The translations under genes were made by a program, and so were the position numbers. The notes under the pieces were generated by a model. The model saw only the letters and a list, made by a program, of their open reading frames with translations, did not search any database and was not told where the DNA came from. Source: Laetmonice hystrix (Eukaryota). Taken from it: a stretch of 64,000 nt of DNA. The DNA lies in NCBI GenBank assembly GCA_965235115.1, contig OZ249436.1:10976001-11040000 (forward strand), given 5' to 3'. Below are positions 45,458 to 58,200 of the stretch, piece after piece (the first letter of the stretch is position 1; each line of letters begins with the position of its first letter).

Positions 45458-45530
<73 letters not shown>

Positions 45531-46937
45531 AAAAAAGAAAAAGTGAATTTGGTCTTAGTCGACTAGATTCGTTCATCCTACCGTTCGAAGATCTGGCGTC
45601 TGAGACAACACGTGATAACCCAATGATAGCCGCCATACAGAACCGTGCCACAGATCGACCCACTGACGGGGAACGGGTTGTATTGCTACATCCCTTTAGA
45701 AGAGTCATGTCGCACTTTTCTCAGGCTTGCACCCTCCCGCCTCCAAGTGGACACTAAGTGACTCATCATACTGTCAGTGTTTGAACCATCAGCACGTGTT
45801 GCCAGACTACGACCGAACGTGGACCCATGCAAGCTCCTTCCGACCCATCAGCCAGTTCATGGGAGACAGACCCGAGTCTATCTAAGCGATACTTTCAGAC
45901 GTGACCGTTCACTGCACATTTGACCAGTGGTTTCCTGGCTTTATATAGTGGGGAGGTCAAGCTGGACCTCCAGAGTGGTGTCCCACACAACCACATTGTT
46001 TTCCTGAGATAAAAACATTTTACAGGCAACAACCAAAGCCCTGGAGGTGTAGATCTCGTCTGTAGCACTAAAAATATGGGGACCATCCATAGTTTCTTCC
46101 TGCAAGTTGATTTCATTAAAACATATTAATAAAAATGATAAAATCAGGGCACCATGGACAATGAGGCACGTGACACCGACGTTCTGCATACGACAGTCGT
46201 CACCCAGCGTCAAGGTCAACATAGTTACAGTCATTTGTATACAAATTAGGATGTCACCTCCAAAACCAATTGCCTACATGGCTGTATTTTAGTGTGTTCT
46301 TTACCACAAAGCAATATAAGTGAACACCGACTTAAAGATCAGAAGGTTTTACAGGTAGAACATATTTCACATTAATCAAGACACCATTTCCACCGTCCTG
46401 TCTGTCCAAATGAAAACAAGGTGTACAACCAAGCATGTCTGGCGGTGTCATACTGTCTACAGGCAAAATTGTTGACTGTAACTGACTGACGTACAGAGTC
46501 GCCGGCGTGAGGTGTGACAAACAAACCTGGACAATAGAAACCACTACCTGGTATTTATAGCACAAGACTTTATTAGGGGAGGGCGTATACTGGCATAGCT
46601 TTCACCTACTCTATTTACCACACAGATCTTGCTTACTTGATTATTGTTTGTTCATGAAGGAGTAAAAGTTTTAATATCAACTAATGCAATATGTGCCCCC
46701 TGACTTCATGGATCTGTTACCCGTAAGCCATCTCATTTCTGCCACGCTGTCTTTTTTGGCCTTGTCAAGTTTAACAAAACCGGTCAAAAAATTATGACTA
46801 AAGTGATGTCCTTAAGAACGACAAAAGTGGGCGACGTTGTGACAAAAGTGGTGACCTGTGACAAAAGTGGGCATTTTGTGTGACAAAAGTGGTGACCTGT
46901 GACAAAAGTGGTAAAAATGACAAAAGTGGTTGTTACA
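44809..46937. mobile_element. 2.1-kb Ginger-like (TGT...ACA) non-autonomous element with long structured TIRs
   Basis: Imperfect TIR of about 150 bp starting TGTA(G/A)CAACCACTTTTGTCATTTTTACCAC, built of CCACTTTTGTC sub-repeats. There is no matching TSD and host sequence next to it is deleted. Confidence 0.8.
45328..45527. repeat. (GA)n microsatellite
   Basis: About 200 bp of interrupted GA dinucleotide repeat inside the TIR element. Confidence 0.95.
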
Positions 46938-49900
46938 AATGTACGTGACGGAAATGTTTTACAGTTATACATCTGGCCAAAAATGATAATTTTGGGTGCG
47001 TAATTTAAATTTGACGTATCAAAAATGAAGCATTTTTTCGCTTATCATTGCACAATCCTATCTCTCCGCTTGGCGCCACAGGTGACCGCCAGCCCGGCCA
47101 GGTATACGTGGTGATTCGTAGCCGGAAGGTGGCAGTGCAGTCGGAGGCGCCGCTTCAGTACGGAACGGTGGCATTTCCCTGCAACATCTCTGTAATTTTT
47201 TTTTTTATTTGGGGAGGGGATATCTGAAGGCGTGCAACGATTTCATTTGCCATATACGTCGGTACCGTAATGGACCCCCCCCCCCCCTTTCCTCAAGATC
47301 AATTAAAAGATTGAAATATGAAGGGGATAATGTCAAGAATCCGAGAGACAGAGATAATAACGGGTGCATAGGACTAAACCAAAAGATTACGTAAGCTTGT
47401 TAGTTACCTTCCATATTTCCTGCCGACCTTCTTTTCAAACACCTCCGCCAAATATGGTATTATTTAAATTCAAACTGGCAGTCTTAATCACCATTTTGGG
47501 CAAAATTTTGAAATCTGTGGATTGTATTAGAAACACGTTTGGCTATGGTCGAGGTGGCATCAGGCGCAACCCATAGCGGTATAAATATGTGGTAACGTTT
47601 TCTGTAATAAGATAGAGGGAGAAGAAAATAATGTCAAATCAAGGAATATTAGAAGATATATCAGCATGGTAGCAGATAGAAGATTACACCATTGACTGCT
47701 GTTTTCGTGATGGGTTTATTTGGTACGAGAGCACATGTATGTACAGCGTAAGTCAGGGCCTAGTACCTTGTACCAGCACTGACAGCCAGTTACTACGTTC
47801 ACCACAACCCTTTCACACATTATTGATGGTCCAACCTGCTACAAACTGTTGTTGCATAGTGTTTATCTACGACTTGCACAACACTATGCCCCTCCATATT
47901 CTAGGTTAATCACCGAGAGTTGTTCTGATATTTTTATCATCGTTTTGTCGTCCTTTTACGAATAGTTTAAGAACCCTTTAGCTGACAGATTACCCAAAAT
48001 GTCATACTTAGAAAACGTTAATGTACAATTTCTGTAATCTCTGCCCTTTTTCCAAACTGCCCGACGCCTCGAGCGACCACATATCCCGTAAAACCATTTG
48101 GACACAGCAACCAACAGCGCAGTAAGACTTCAAGCCCCTTCGGACATATTTGGTTATTTGCTTTACTTCAGTAGATATAAAATCACATTGACCTCCATAG
48201 ATACAAGTCGTTTTAATTATTTGTTCCGGTTTCACGAGTACCGAGTCTAGGTAAGCTGTGAAAAAATATTTACAAAGCAACACACATTTATAAGTTAAGA
48301 CTCCAGTTTATAAAAAAAACCTAGACACGAACATAGATAAAAGCCGAGAAGGTTTCCGAAGTCTACACTAAGCTAATATGTATCTACAGATTGCCTCTCA
48401 CTGACTGTACAGGGTTAGATAAGAAAGATGTGTCCATATCCATACAAAACCAACACACACGCTGCTGACTGTAAAACTAAACACGCACTCATTCATGGCG
48501 TTTGGAATAAAAATATACTTTACCTTGTCAGTGTCAATCAAGTATTCACATAATAAACTTACTGATTTGTCGCAATTCCACACCGATTTTTTTTTCACCG
48601 ATACCTTTTTCTTCAAAAAGTCGCAAGGCCGATCGACTGAGACCATTTCCCTTTAACGTTTTTTCCGTCCGATTACCATCCATATAAAATTCAACTTCAC
48701 TCTACAATTTCTCGCTGATTGGAAAGACAGGAAACCTCACAGAATACGGTCCCAGCCAACCAGAGCGTTTCCTATTACCAGGGGGCCCCATTCAGGCCAG
48801 TCCCTTTCTAAGTCTACTGGGATGGCACAGACGTCTCTGATTGCTGTCTGACATAGAGACACGCGTTGAACTGGTCTCGAGCGAGAAGTTAACCATGGCG
48901 GTGGAAACATGGTGGTTGTGTGAGCTACATGCTGTCAAACATGCACGTGTCCACACATACAATCACGTTCCACGGCTCTATAAAACGGCATGGTCCATGT
49001 TCTATGCAGTGAACCGCCAAGCCACAACTTATTACGCTTCTTTTATTCGAAATGCATCTGTAAAATATTACTGGCTTATCTTCTCCATTGTATCCAACTG
49101 GGTTTGGAGATACTGATTACAAAGACATCTGTATATGATATACAACAATATGCTGTTTTCACATCTTACATGTCTCGACAGATACTGTATTAATGCAGGT
49201 AACAGCTGGAATATTACAGGACGTTACAGTACAGTATTTTCTGAATTCAAACTTGAGCAACGCCAGACTAGTATTTTCAAAATGCCATAAAAACCCAATA
49301 TTGTCATGAGAATGAATTGTTCTCCCCCACCCCAGTAAAATGGCCGGCAGGATTGGCTACGGTAAATAAATTTACCTCCGTTCGTTTCAGAAGAAGTTAC
49401 TTTCATGCAGAAAAATACACCCTACCAGTCATCCACTTTTACTTTCATCATTTGGACAGTGACACCGCTTCAATAAGAAAGGCACATGACAACCAAGACA
49501 AAGCACCATGAAAGAATAAGACATGCGACCATGTGACTCTCTAATACGGGAGCCACCTACACACTCCCCAACTCTCTACACACACGTACGATATGCTAGA
49601 CACGGAACCTGACATAATATACCAACAAAAAAATAACATAATACCGGTACATGTAATTAGTGTCCCTGAATGTAGCAAACGACCATAAAATCCTGTCAGT
49701 AGTAAATAAATAGTCTGCAGTGCAAAATACTTGGCAGCCTCACATAGCAATAACACGGAAGCTAAGTTAACCTAATAAAAGATCACCTGGCGCAAATAAT
49801 CAAAGCCGTTAGGAAAATCCTAAGCAAACACGTTACTTGATGCCCACTTGGGCGTCCAACTGACTCCGTCCCTGGGTCGAGGGGGATTTATAACTCATTA

Positions 49901-51387
49901 ACATAAAGTGTCAGATACTTGCCTGACTAATCGTTAACCTAATCTTAGTATACCTTCAGATCAGGGATTAAGGTACCTACGACCTCCTCCACCGCCCTAT
50001 GTCCCATCTTCTTTATAACTTTACACCTTTTGTAGGACAGGTCTGGCGTTCACTTGATGTAATATATGAACGTTTAAAAGATAAAAACTTCTTTCTTTAT
50101 GAAAGTTAACCTTAACAGGGTGTAAAAGTTTATCTTACTATTTATAAAACTGAGATTTTCTCTTTTAATGTTGTAAAATGTAACTTCATTTTAAAATTAG
50201 TATGAATTACATTCTGTACATCTGACCTATCTGAATGACAGGGCACCCTAATTATCAGTGCTGCCATCTGTCCACAAAGTTATCAATCAACATACAATAT
50301 AGTCTAAAATTGAAATGTCCGATCTGGCTTTCTGTCGGAAGATAAAACTAATACCTTAATAAAGCACCCATCCACGTCATATCTTGTAGCTATTCAGAAA
50401 TATGAGTGTACTTTTTACAAGTATAACTCATCAACACTGTCACATTTTATGCCTATATCAAAACTAGCTAAAGAAATTTTATCCAACTTGGGCACGTAAC
50501 TATTTTACTAACCGATGAATTTGGCAAAAGAGGCCTCTGGCCTTCAAAGTCTGGCTTTCCCTAAATGTATTAGAACCTAAATCAATAAAGCCTCGACATC
50601 ACACCTATGTGGTCCCATTCCTGGAATAAACACATGGCTAGTTATTCAAGTGTGTATTGTAAAAGAAAAACAAATAATTTCATAGAACTTAAATCTTAAA
50701 CGTTAAAAATATGATATAAAAGTTAATGTTTAAGATGAATGCAGCATGTAAGCCTAGATGCCCATTCATGGTAGAAATCCCTCGTGTTTTCCTCACATTT
50801 CTCACATACCATACCGGTACTTTCCCCTCTTTGTTAAAAAGTCACACGGTAACGTTTTGCTTTCTTATTGTTAGTAGGCTATTCACAGTATGATATATCA
50901 AACTTAATCACCGATTATGAGTATTTCTTAATATACCTCCTGGAGACGCTCTAGCTATTAAATCATCATTATCTTTGGAAACTAAGCACTAAAATCCTCA
51001 GCTAAAAACCATTTTAGCAGAACGTCACTTCCAAACCACTTGCTGCAGTCGAAGTGGAAAGATACCAGCAGTATTGCAGTTCTATTTTGACACACAATAG
51101 ACCACTAAAAATGTCCACAACTTCCCTTTTTTTCAAAAACTGCCCGGGCCTGTACAATGATTCAACGCCATCATCCAGCCTTGTATGGGAGATGATTTCT
51201 AGTCGCAATAACACTGTGGGTATTCACGACCGCCTTGTTACAGTTCTAGTACGAATATAGCAATGACTCTCCTCCCAGGATAAACAGCAATGTCTCTAAA
51301 TGATGTCGGGTCTATGGATGCCCGACTCCCGAGTTCGGCACTCGTCGAGTTGGTCACACTCGTAATACCTTCACTGACGTGGTATCC

Positions 51388-51847
51388 TCTCGGAGTGACC
51401 ACCTCTCGGGGTGACCACCTCTCGCAGTGACCACCTCTCGGAGTGACCACCTCTCGGAGTGACCACCTCTCGGAGTGACCACCTCTCGGAGGGACCACCT
51501 CTCGCAGTGACCACCTCTCGCAGTGACCACCTCTCGCAGTGACCACCTCTCCGAGTGACCACCTCTCCGAGTGACCACCTCTCCGAGTGACCACCTCCCG
51601 GAGTGACCACCTCTCCGAGTGACCACCTCTCGCAGTGGACACCTCCGAGTGACCACCTCTACGAGTGACCACCTCTCCGAGTGACCACCTCTACGAGTGA
51701 CCACCTCTCGCAGTGACCACCTCTCCGAGTGACCACCTCTCCGAGTGACCACCTCTCGCAGTGACCACCTCTCAGAGTGACCACCTCTCAGAGTGACCAC
51801 CTCTCAGAGTGACCACCTCTCCGAGTGACCACCTCTCAGAGTGACCA
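51388..51847. repeat. Minisatellite, about 29 x 16 bp, downstream of the Homer stop codon
   Basis: Unit GAGTGACCACCTCTC(C/G), period 16. Confidence 0.95.
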
Positions 51848-52285
51848 TCCAATGTATGTATCCTGTTGATTTGTGGTTACTCTACAGTTTGACATCACTG
51901 AGCGTGTCTGTTTTGGTTTTGAGTAAGATGAGGGGGGGGGGGCACTCCCATACTTGTTTGTTTTCGTCTGCTGTCCTACTGGGAATGTTCTGAGGTTCAC
52001 AAAGACCTCGCAGACATCTAAACTCTAGCAATGGTTGACTTCAATGAGCAGGTTGTGGTATCAAGTCTTCGTCTATATTCCTGAAGTGTGTAAATTATTG
52101 GTATGTCACTTGGCGTTTTACTCCACATCTCATGAGGTCCGAGTGTCACATAGTCCTGTGTGGTCCTCCGCCCAGTGACAGTAGCAGGCCCGACTGTGGG
52201 ACAGTAACCACACACAGCGCCACAAACCAACCTGCTCTCTGCCTTAGCTCCCAGTTTGTTAACTTCGCCCCCACCAGAGGGCGCC

Positions 52286-55200
52286 CTAGGAGGAGGCGGG
52301 GGAGGAGAGGAGGGAGGTGACCTGGTCCTGTAGTGTGTAGAGTTCGGAGATTTTGTGACGTAGCTGGTCATGTAGTGTACACATCTGTTGTTTCTCTCGC
52401 TGCTGAGCAATACGGGTCTGGTCTATCTGTGACTGGATCTCACCAACCTGGTTGTGAAGACGTTTGTTTTCACTCTCCAGTTGCTATAACACAAACACAT
52501 CACAACTTTAAGATTGTGTAAGTAAGTAAGTACGAAAAGATTTCTACTTCCAAAGACACTACACGTACTTCCAAATTTCAACCCTATGGAGGGGGGGGGG
52601 GCATCTTGTGTGCAGGTTATAAACATGAATTGTGAGGGGGCGGGGCATCTTGTATCCAGCTTATAAACGTGAATTGTGACGGGCTATCCTTATTTCCAAT
52701 TTTTACAGAATCTGTTTCATGACTACAGAACAGTAAACTCTTGTAGTTATTGTGTGAACTCACCTGAACTTTATCCGCAAGTTGTTTGTTCTGAGTTTCC
52801 AATGGTTTAATGGCTTCAAGCTGCCTCTGAAGGTCGGCTATCTCCTGAAATACACCCTGTGTGTTAACAGCAATAATAAGTGTGGAAAGAGTTTTCCATC
52901 CCAACTTAAAATACCAGCGACGGTTCCTCAACTCTCCCCTCCCTTGCCATGATTTCGAACCAAGACAAACATTTTTTTAACGGTGCTGTCAACCTATCAC
53001 ACAGGATACAGTAACCACATACCTGATCTTTTTTATTGCTTGATAACTCAATGAGTCCTAGTTTGTCCGTCAGTTCACTGACTTGTCTTTGCAAACCGTC
53101 TGAGCCACCTCCTCCTTTCTCCATCTCAATCACCTGTACAATAAACATTTACATTTAGTTAAAAGAAAGAAATGATATACTCAAAAACTGTAGCAGGACT
53201 CAACCAAACGATTTTGCATCACTAAAACAAAAAACGAACGAATTACTAAATACATTTTGTTAATGTATGTTGGTGCCATGTTTTAATCAAATCTTCCCCT
53301 TATTCATGACGACTGACCCTTTTCTTCATGCGAGCGCTCTCCTCCTTGTACATGGCCAGTTGTTTCTTCCATTCCTCCACGTTAGCCGTACTCTCCTGTA
53401 GCGCCGTCGTCAGGCGTGCGTTGTTGTTCTTCAACGTCTGCAGCTCCACCTCCCATTTCTTGGCATTGGCCGAACTGAAGGACAGAATAAGATCGAACTT
53501 TATCTTTTGTTTCTTGGAACTTAAAAGGCGCGATACAATGAAAGTTTAATATCGCCCACCACTTCAATCAATTGGATAATGAATGTTACCTCTGAGCAAG
53601 AGCAATCTTGAGACGATCGTTTTCATACTTGAGTTGACTTTCTGACGGAGGTACGGAGTTAGATGTTAAACTGGACGTCGACCCCGAGTTTCTCTTCTCG
53701 TTTAACACACCAGCATCACCCTGCAAAACAACGGTAACAAACATGACAAATCAAGTATTGAAATCCATGTCATGGATTATCTAATCCACGTCATGGATTA
53801 TCTAATCCACGTCAGGGAATATCTAATCCACGTCATGGATTATCTAATCCACGTCATGGATTATCTAATCCACGTCATGGATTATCTAATCCACGTCATG
53901 GATTATCTAATCCACGTCATGGATTATCTAATCCACGTCATGGATTATCTAATCCACGTCATGGATTATCTAATCCATCTCAATGATTATCTAATCCACG
54001 TCATGGGTTATCTAATCCACGTTATGGATTATCTAATCCACGTCATGGATTATCTAATCCACCTCATGGATTATCTCATCCACGTCATGGATTATCTCTA
54101 ACTTTCGGTTCATCCTTGTAAAGTCTCAATCCTGCAGTAATCCTGGCGACAATTCCAGAATCCTGTGGGGGGAGAGTCCATTTCACCCTGCTCTGGCTGT
54201 AGATTTCTTGGTAAAATAGCACACTTGAAAATAACCCAACCAATTCCTGCAGTCACACGCCAGTCTGGTCAGGACACGTGTGAATCTGTTAAATTCCATG
54301 AGACAAAGCTTAGGGTCACTTGACAAACACCTTTCCAGTCACCCTCAGTCGTGGATAGTTCATAAACATAATAAGGAATTGTGTGAAAGTAGCGTTTCTT
54401 GCCATCGTGTCAAGTATCTGGTGCCACCAGGTATATTACGAGTAGTACAGCTCCAGGGTTGGTCTTGGACTGGTACGCCACTTTATATTATTAGTCCAAG
54501 GTAGTCCGTCAGTGGCGATCTGAACTGTTGCCGACAATGACAAAGTCTAGACGAAGCTAACGGTACTGGTATAATAAACATGAAAACCCACACCATAATT
54601 CATCCAGCCTTCCGGAACACACCTCGATTCCCACGCCGAGGGACGTCATATACCAACAAAACGTACCTCAGTTTTTATTATAAAATTCTGACCTAATGTC
54701 AGCAGAGAGCGACTTTAGTACGTGTAGTGTCATCTCTACAAACGAGACAATGCAGGCTCCACTACGTCCACGAAAAACAAGACAATTCTAACTGTCACAC
54801 CAACGGTTCGGTTATCAACGATCCAAAGTCAAACACCTGGGTAAACTTGAGAATGATTTCACCCGAGACTCGCGTCATGACGCGCCCATCCCAGAACCCG
54901 GATGATGCGTGACCCTGACTGGTTACCTTGACGATGAACCGCCCGCACCGTTTGTTCATGGTTCGTTCGGAAACCGTGTAGGCAGGCAGGCAAACAGGCT
55001 GGAGGGCGTCCTCGTGTAGGACTCTGTGCCTACTCCACGGCCCCTCCTTCACTACCTGTGTACCCCATACACTGCCGTCACAGCGTCCCTGTCACTGCGT
55101 CCCCTCCAGTCACTGCGTCAAGCACGTGTGCGTAACGTCAAAACGTCACGCTCTGGACCTGGCTCAGTTGTGTCTGTTTGCGAATGTGTGCGGCCGTCTG

Positions 55201-58200
55201 CTATCATTGTGTTATATACCGAACGGCGGCGGTCGGCAGAGCGAGAACCTGTCAATAAGTGCTGATCGATGGTCTGCCTTGTTATCCAATCACCAGTCAG
55301 GTGATCCTACTGCAGGCCAGCTCAATAACACAGACTGGTAGTGGTATTAACAGGCACGTCATCTGGTGCGCACTACATCACATCCCACAAACCCTACCCT
55401 ACTCATCTGTCACTGTCATTCAGAATAATTCACCCTCTCATTAAATGTTATTATATATCATGAAAATTTATTTTTTAAACAAAATTCAACTTATCAATGG
55501 TCAGGAATTGCCATGAAGTGATCGAGCTATGTAAACCGCGCACCCTATCGGCATTCAGGACATGGTCCTATTTTTAGAGATATCACAATGCAGACCCACA
55601 ACTTTTATTGACTGCCGTGAACAGATAAATGTCACTTAACGATAACGAATGGAGTTCCGTCCCTGGTTCAGCATATCACGGACGAGAAAAAACACACAGT
55701 CTCTTCCCTGCAGCAGGTTTGACAAATCTCTCCTCTCTATTACACACGCCTCAAGCTACTCTGTCACACTCAACCGTCAAGTGTTCAGTTTAGGCCAATT
55801 ATTATAATGTAATACCAGTATCTTATTACACACAGGCTGTGATATTAACTGGTTTCTTGCCAAACTATTCTGAGAAGATCAGATCCTAATGTTCGCAGAG
55901 GGTAATCTAACTTTACCGTGTCTCTGAGCCCATCGGTAGGGTGGGGGAGAGGGGGGGGGGGGGTATATTGTTAGTCACCGCCGGCCGGAGGGGTGGGGGG
56001 GTAGTCATTGCGTCAGCCCAGAATCAGCCAATGTTAATCGGAAACTGTCCACCACCAAACGTTCTATGTTGACGAGGAGCAGATACATGACCTAACCTTT
56101 CAGAAAATTAACTTTCGGACCAGATGATAACAAAAAGTTCATGAAACTTTTCCTAAAATTTGATCAATACATTACTTGGTACCTGTGGCCTTTGGCAGTG
56201 GCTTAAGTTTTGAACAGGTGCAATTACGTCAAAGTAACGAGTATATTTCGCTCTCAACACAAACAATTCTCACTGAGATGCAAAGAACTATCCGAGCTGC
56301 TAATTTTCAGTCAGCCCGTTAAGTGAGTCACTAGTTCTAGGTTGTACCTAGCAGTTACTGACATGATTCTGTAGAATTTCCACGCTAATATCTGAGACGC
56401 AATGAGTCACGTATTGGTTCTGCTGCCACTGAACATACTGTCATTCCACTGTTGGCTCTCTTGGCAAATAAAACCCTGTTATAATGATTTCTGCTCTCCT
56501 GTTCATTTTCAATGCACTAATGGGTAAACGTGCCGGTGTCATGCACTATTTGCACATTGACTGTATCAATTTTATAACATATTTGAAAGAATTTTTTGAA
56601 TACTGCTCAAAATTTGCGGTTTGTTTAAAAAAAAAATATTCGGTTGGCTCTACCTCCGTTATCCACATGACATTTCTCTCAGTAAAAAAAATATATAAAA
56701 TATGATTTAGTAATGAGATCTGCTCCACGTACTACTTCAATCATTTGTCTATATATTATAATAGCAAGAGAATAAATATATAGAGGTCGGTAAAACATGG
56801 ACGAGTTTCATGCATACAAATCGGTTGGATAATGAGAGAATCAAGACTTACTGCTTGCAGATTACTGATAGGTTTGGGCAGGTTGACAGGACTACTAGAG
56901 ACCTCTGGTGTCGGAGGGGCGTGATTCGTGTCGCCATTAGTCTGGGGTGCCTTCAGGGTCTGTGCCTGTCGAGTGAGTTCTTTCACCTCCTTGAACTTCT
57001 CTACAAACTGCAATCATTGAAATGTAACATGATCTCTGTGATAATGGACAATATGGGAGTAAAACATTTGTCAAGGCTTATGTGGTGGGGAATTTGTCTT
57101 CGCTTCCCCTCCACCAGGTGGCCTTACTGGATCGTAGACTGCTTCAGTGTACTCCCGCTAGGGGCCCGGCTGGTGCTGGCGGCGGCGGAGTGAGCCGGTG
57201 TGGCGCAAATATAGTAGTCCGTCCAAAATAGTAGTCCGGACTACTATTTTGTGCGGACTACTATCCTGACGCTACACCTGTGAACTGACTGGATCGCGGT
57301 CTACCGCGTTAGATGATGTACACGGTTACCACTAGATGGCGTACGTGTATATTTCGCCGATAACTCCGTTATTTGTACTCAACACTTGTCGCTTCCATTC
57401 ACAAGGTAATTAATGGTGTTAACGGATAGTTATGTAAACATCAGAATGTCTACAAATTACATTATTTTACTAGGATACGGTTAATGTTGGCTCTAACCTA
57501 ACGTATAAACCAGCTCACCTTGGAGAGCTCAGCCTCCGATGCGAACCCCAGGCCATAGACTGTGTTGGCCCGTGGGTCTGTCCACTGGCCGAACTTCTGT
57601 GACGTTTTGGTGAACTGCATAGTTGGCAGGATGGTGCTGTTGATGACAGCCTGTAAACAGAGGAGGAGACTAAAGTCAGAATATCGTGTGGTGACGTTCT
57701 CACCCATGACATTTTGTGAAACATTTGGCTATTGATAACAGATGTGTGGTCAAGGAGAGGATCGTCATAAACCCAGAGCTCCAACAAGTTTTACTTGGCC
57801 CGACCTGAGAAAGGGACTCCCCCACAAAAAAAAAAGGTTAGGGTTAGGGTTAAATCCTGCCCTGGGTGTGGTTTTAAGCCGATGGTTGCTTGGATGGTCA
57901 TACTCGAGGCGTGCCTCCTTACTTAGGAGGCGGAGACGGAAGGCGGCACTGTTGGCCCGACATGGATGACCTCTTGACTTGACCTGGCGTGGGGTTGACC
58001 TGAGGTTAGTTATCATGGCACACCTAATCTACCTGAATGGATCTATTATGGCCCAAGGTGACCAAGTGACCACCTTCAGGTATGTGATATCATCCAAGGC
58101 CCATGGCCGTTGTGAAGGGACCGTTACTGGGGAAGGTGCTGCCTGGTTATCAAACCTGACTTTATGTTCCGCCATTATACCGTTATCTTTAGAAACATTT

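Larger units (their letters stand above)
42805..47252. repeat. Tandem array of three 800-850 bp units, third unit interrupted by a 2.1-kb TIR element
   Basis: Homologous unit starts at about 42805, 43652 and 44455, with internal CAGTACAGTGAGGCCAAA sub-repeats. The third unit resumes at 46938. Confidence 0.9.

Noticed and set aside
45244..45708. ER/SL-rich ORFs
   Set aside because: Translations of the (GA)n microsatellite.
51238..51800. Repetitive ORFs and GLI-like GACCACC words in the 16-bp array
   Set aside because: The ORFs are repeat artefacts, and the unit does not match the full GLI site GACCACCCA.
53772..54101. (MDYLIHV)n ORF
   Set aside because: Translation of a 21-bp minisatellite antisense within a Homer intron.
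57837..57852. TTAGGG repeats
   Set aside because: Only about 2.5 units, too short to call an interstitial telomere.
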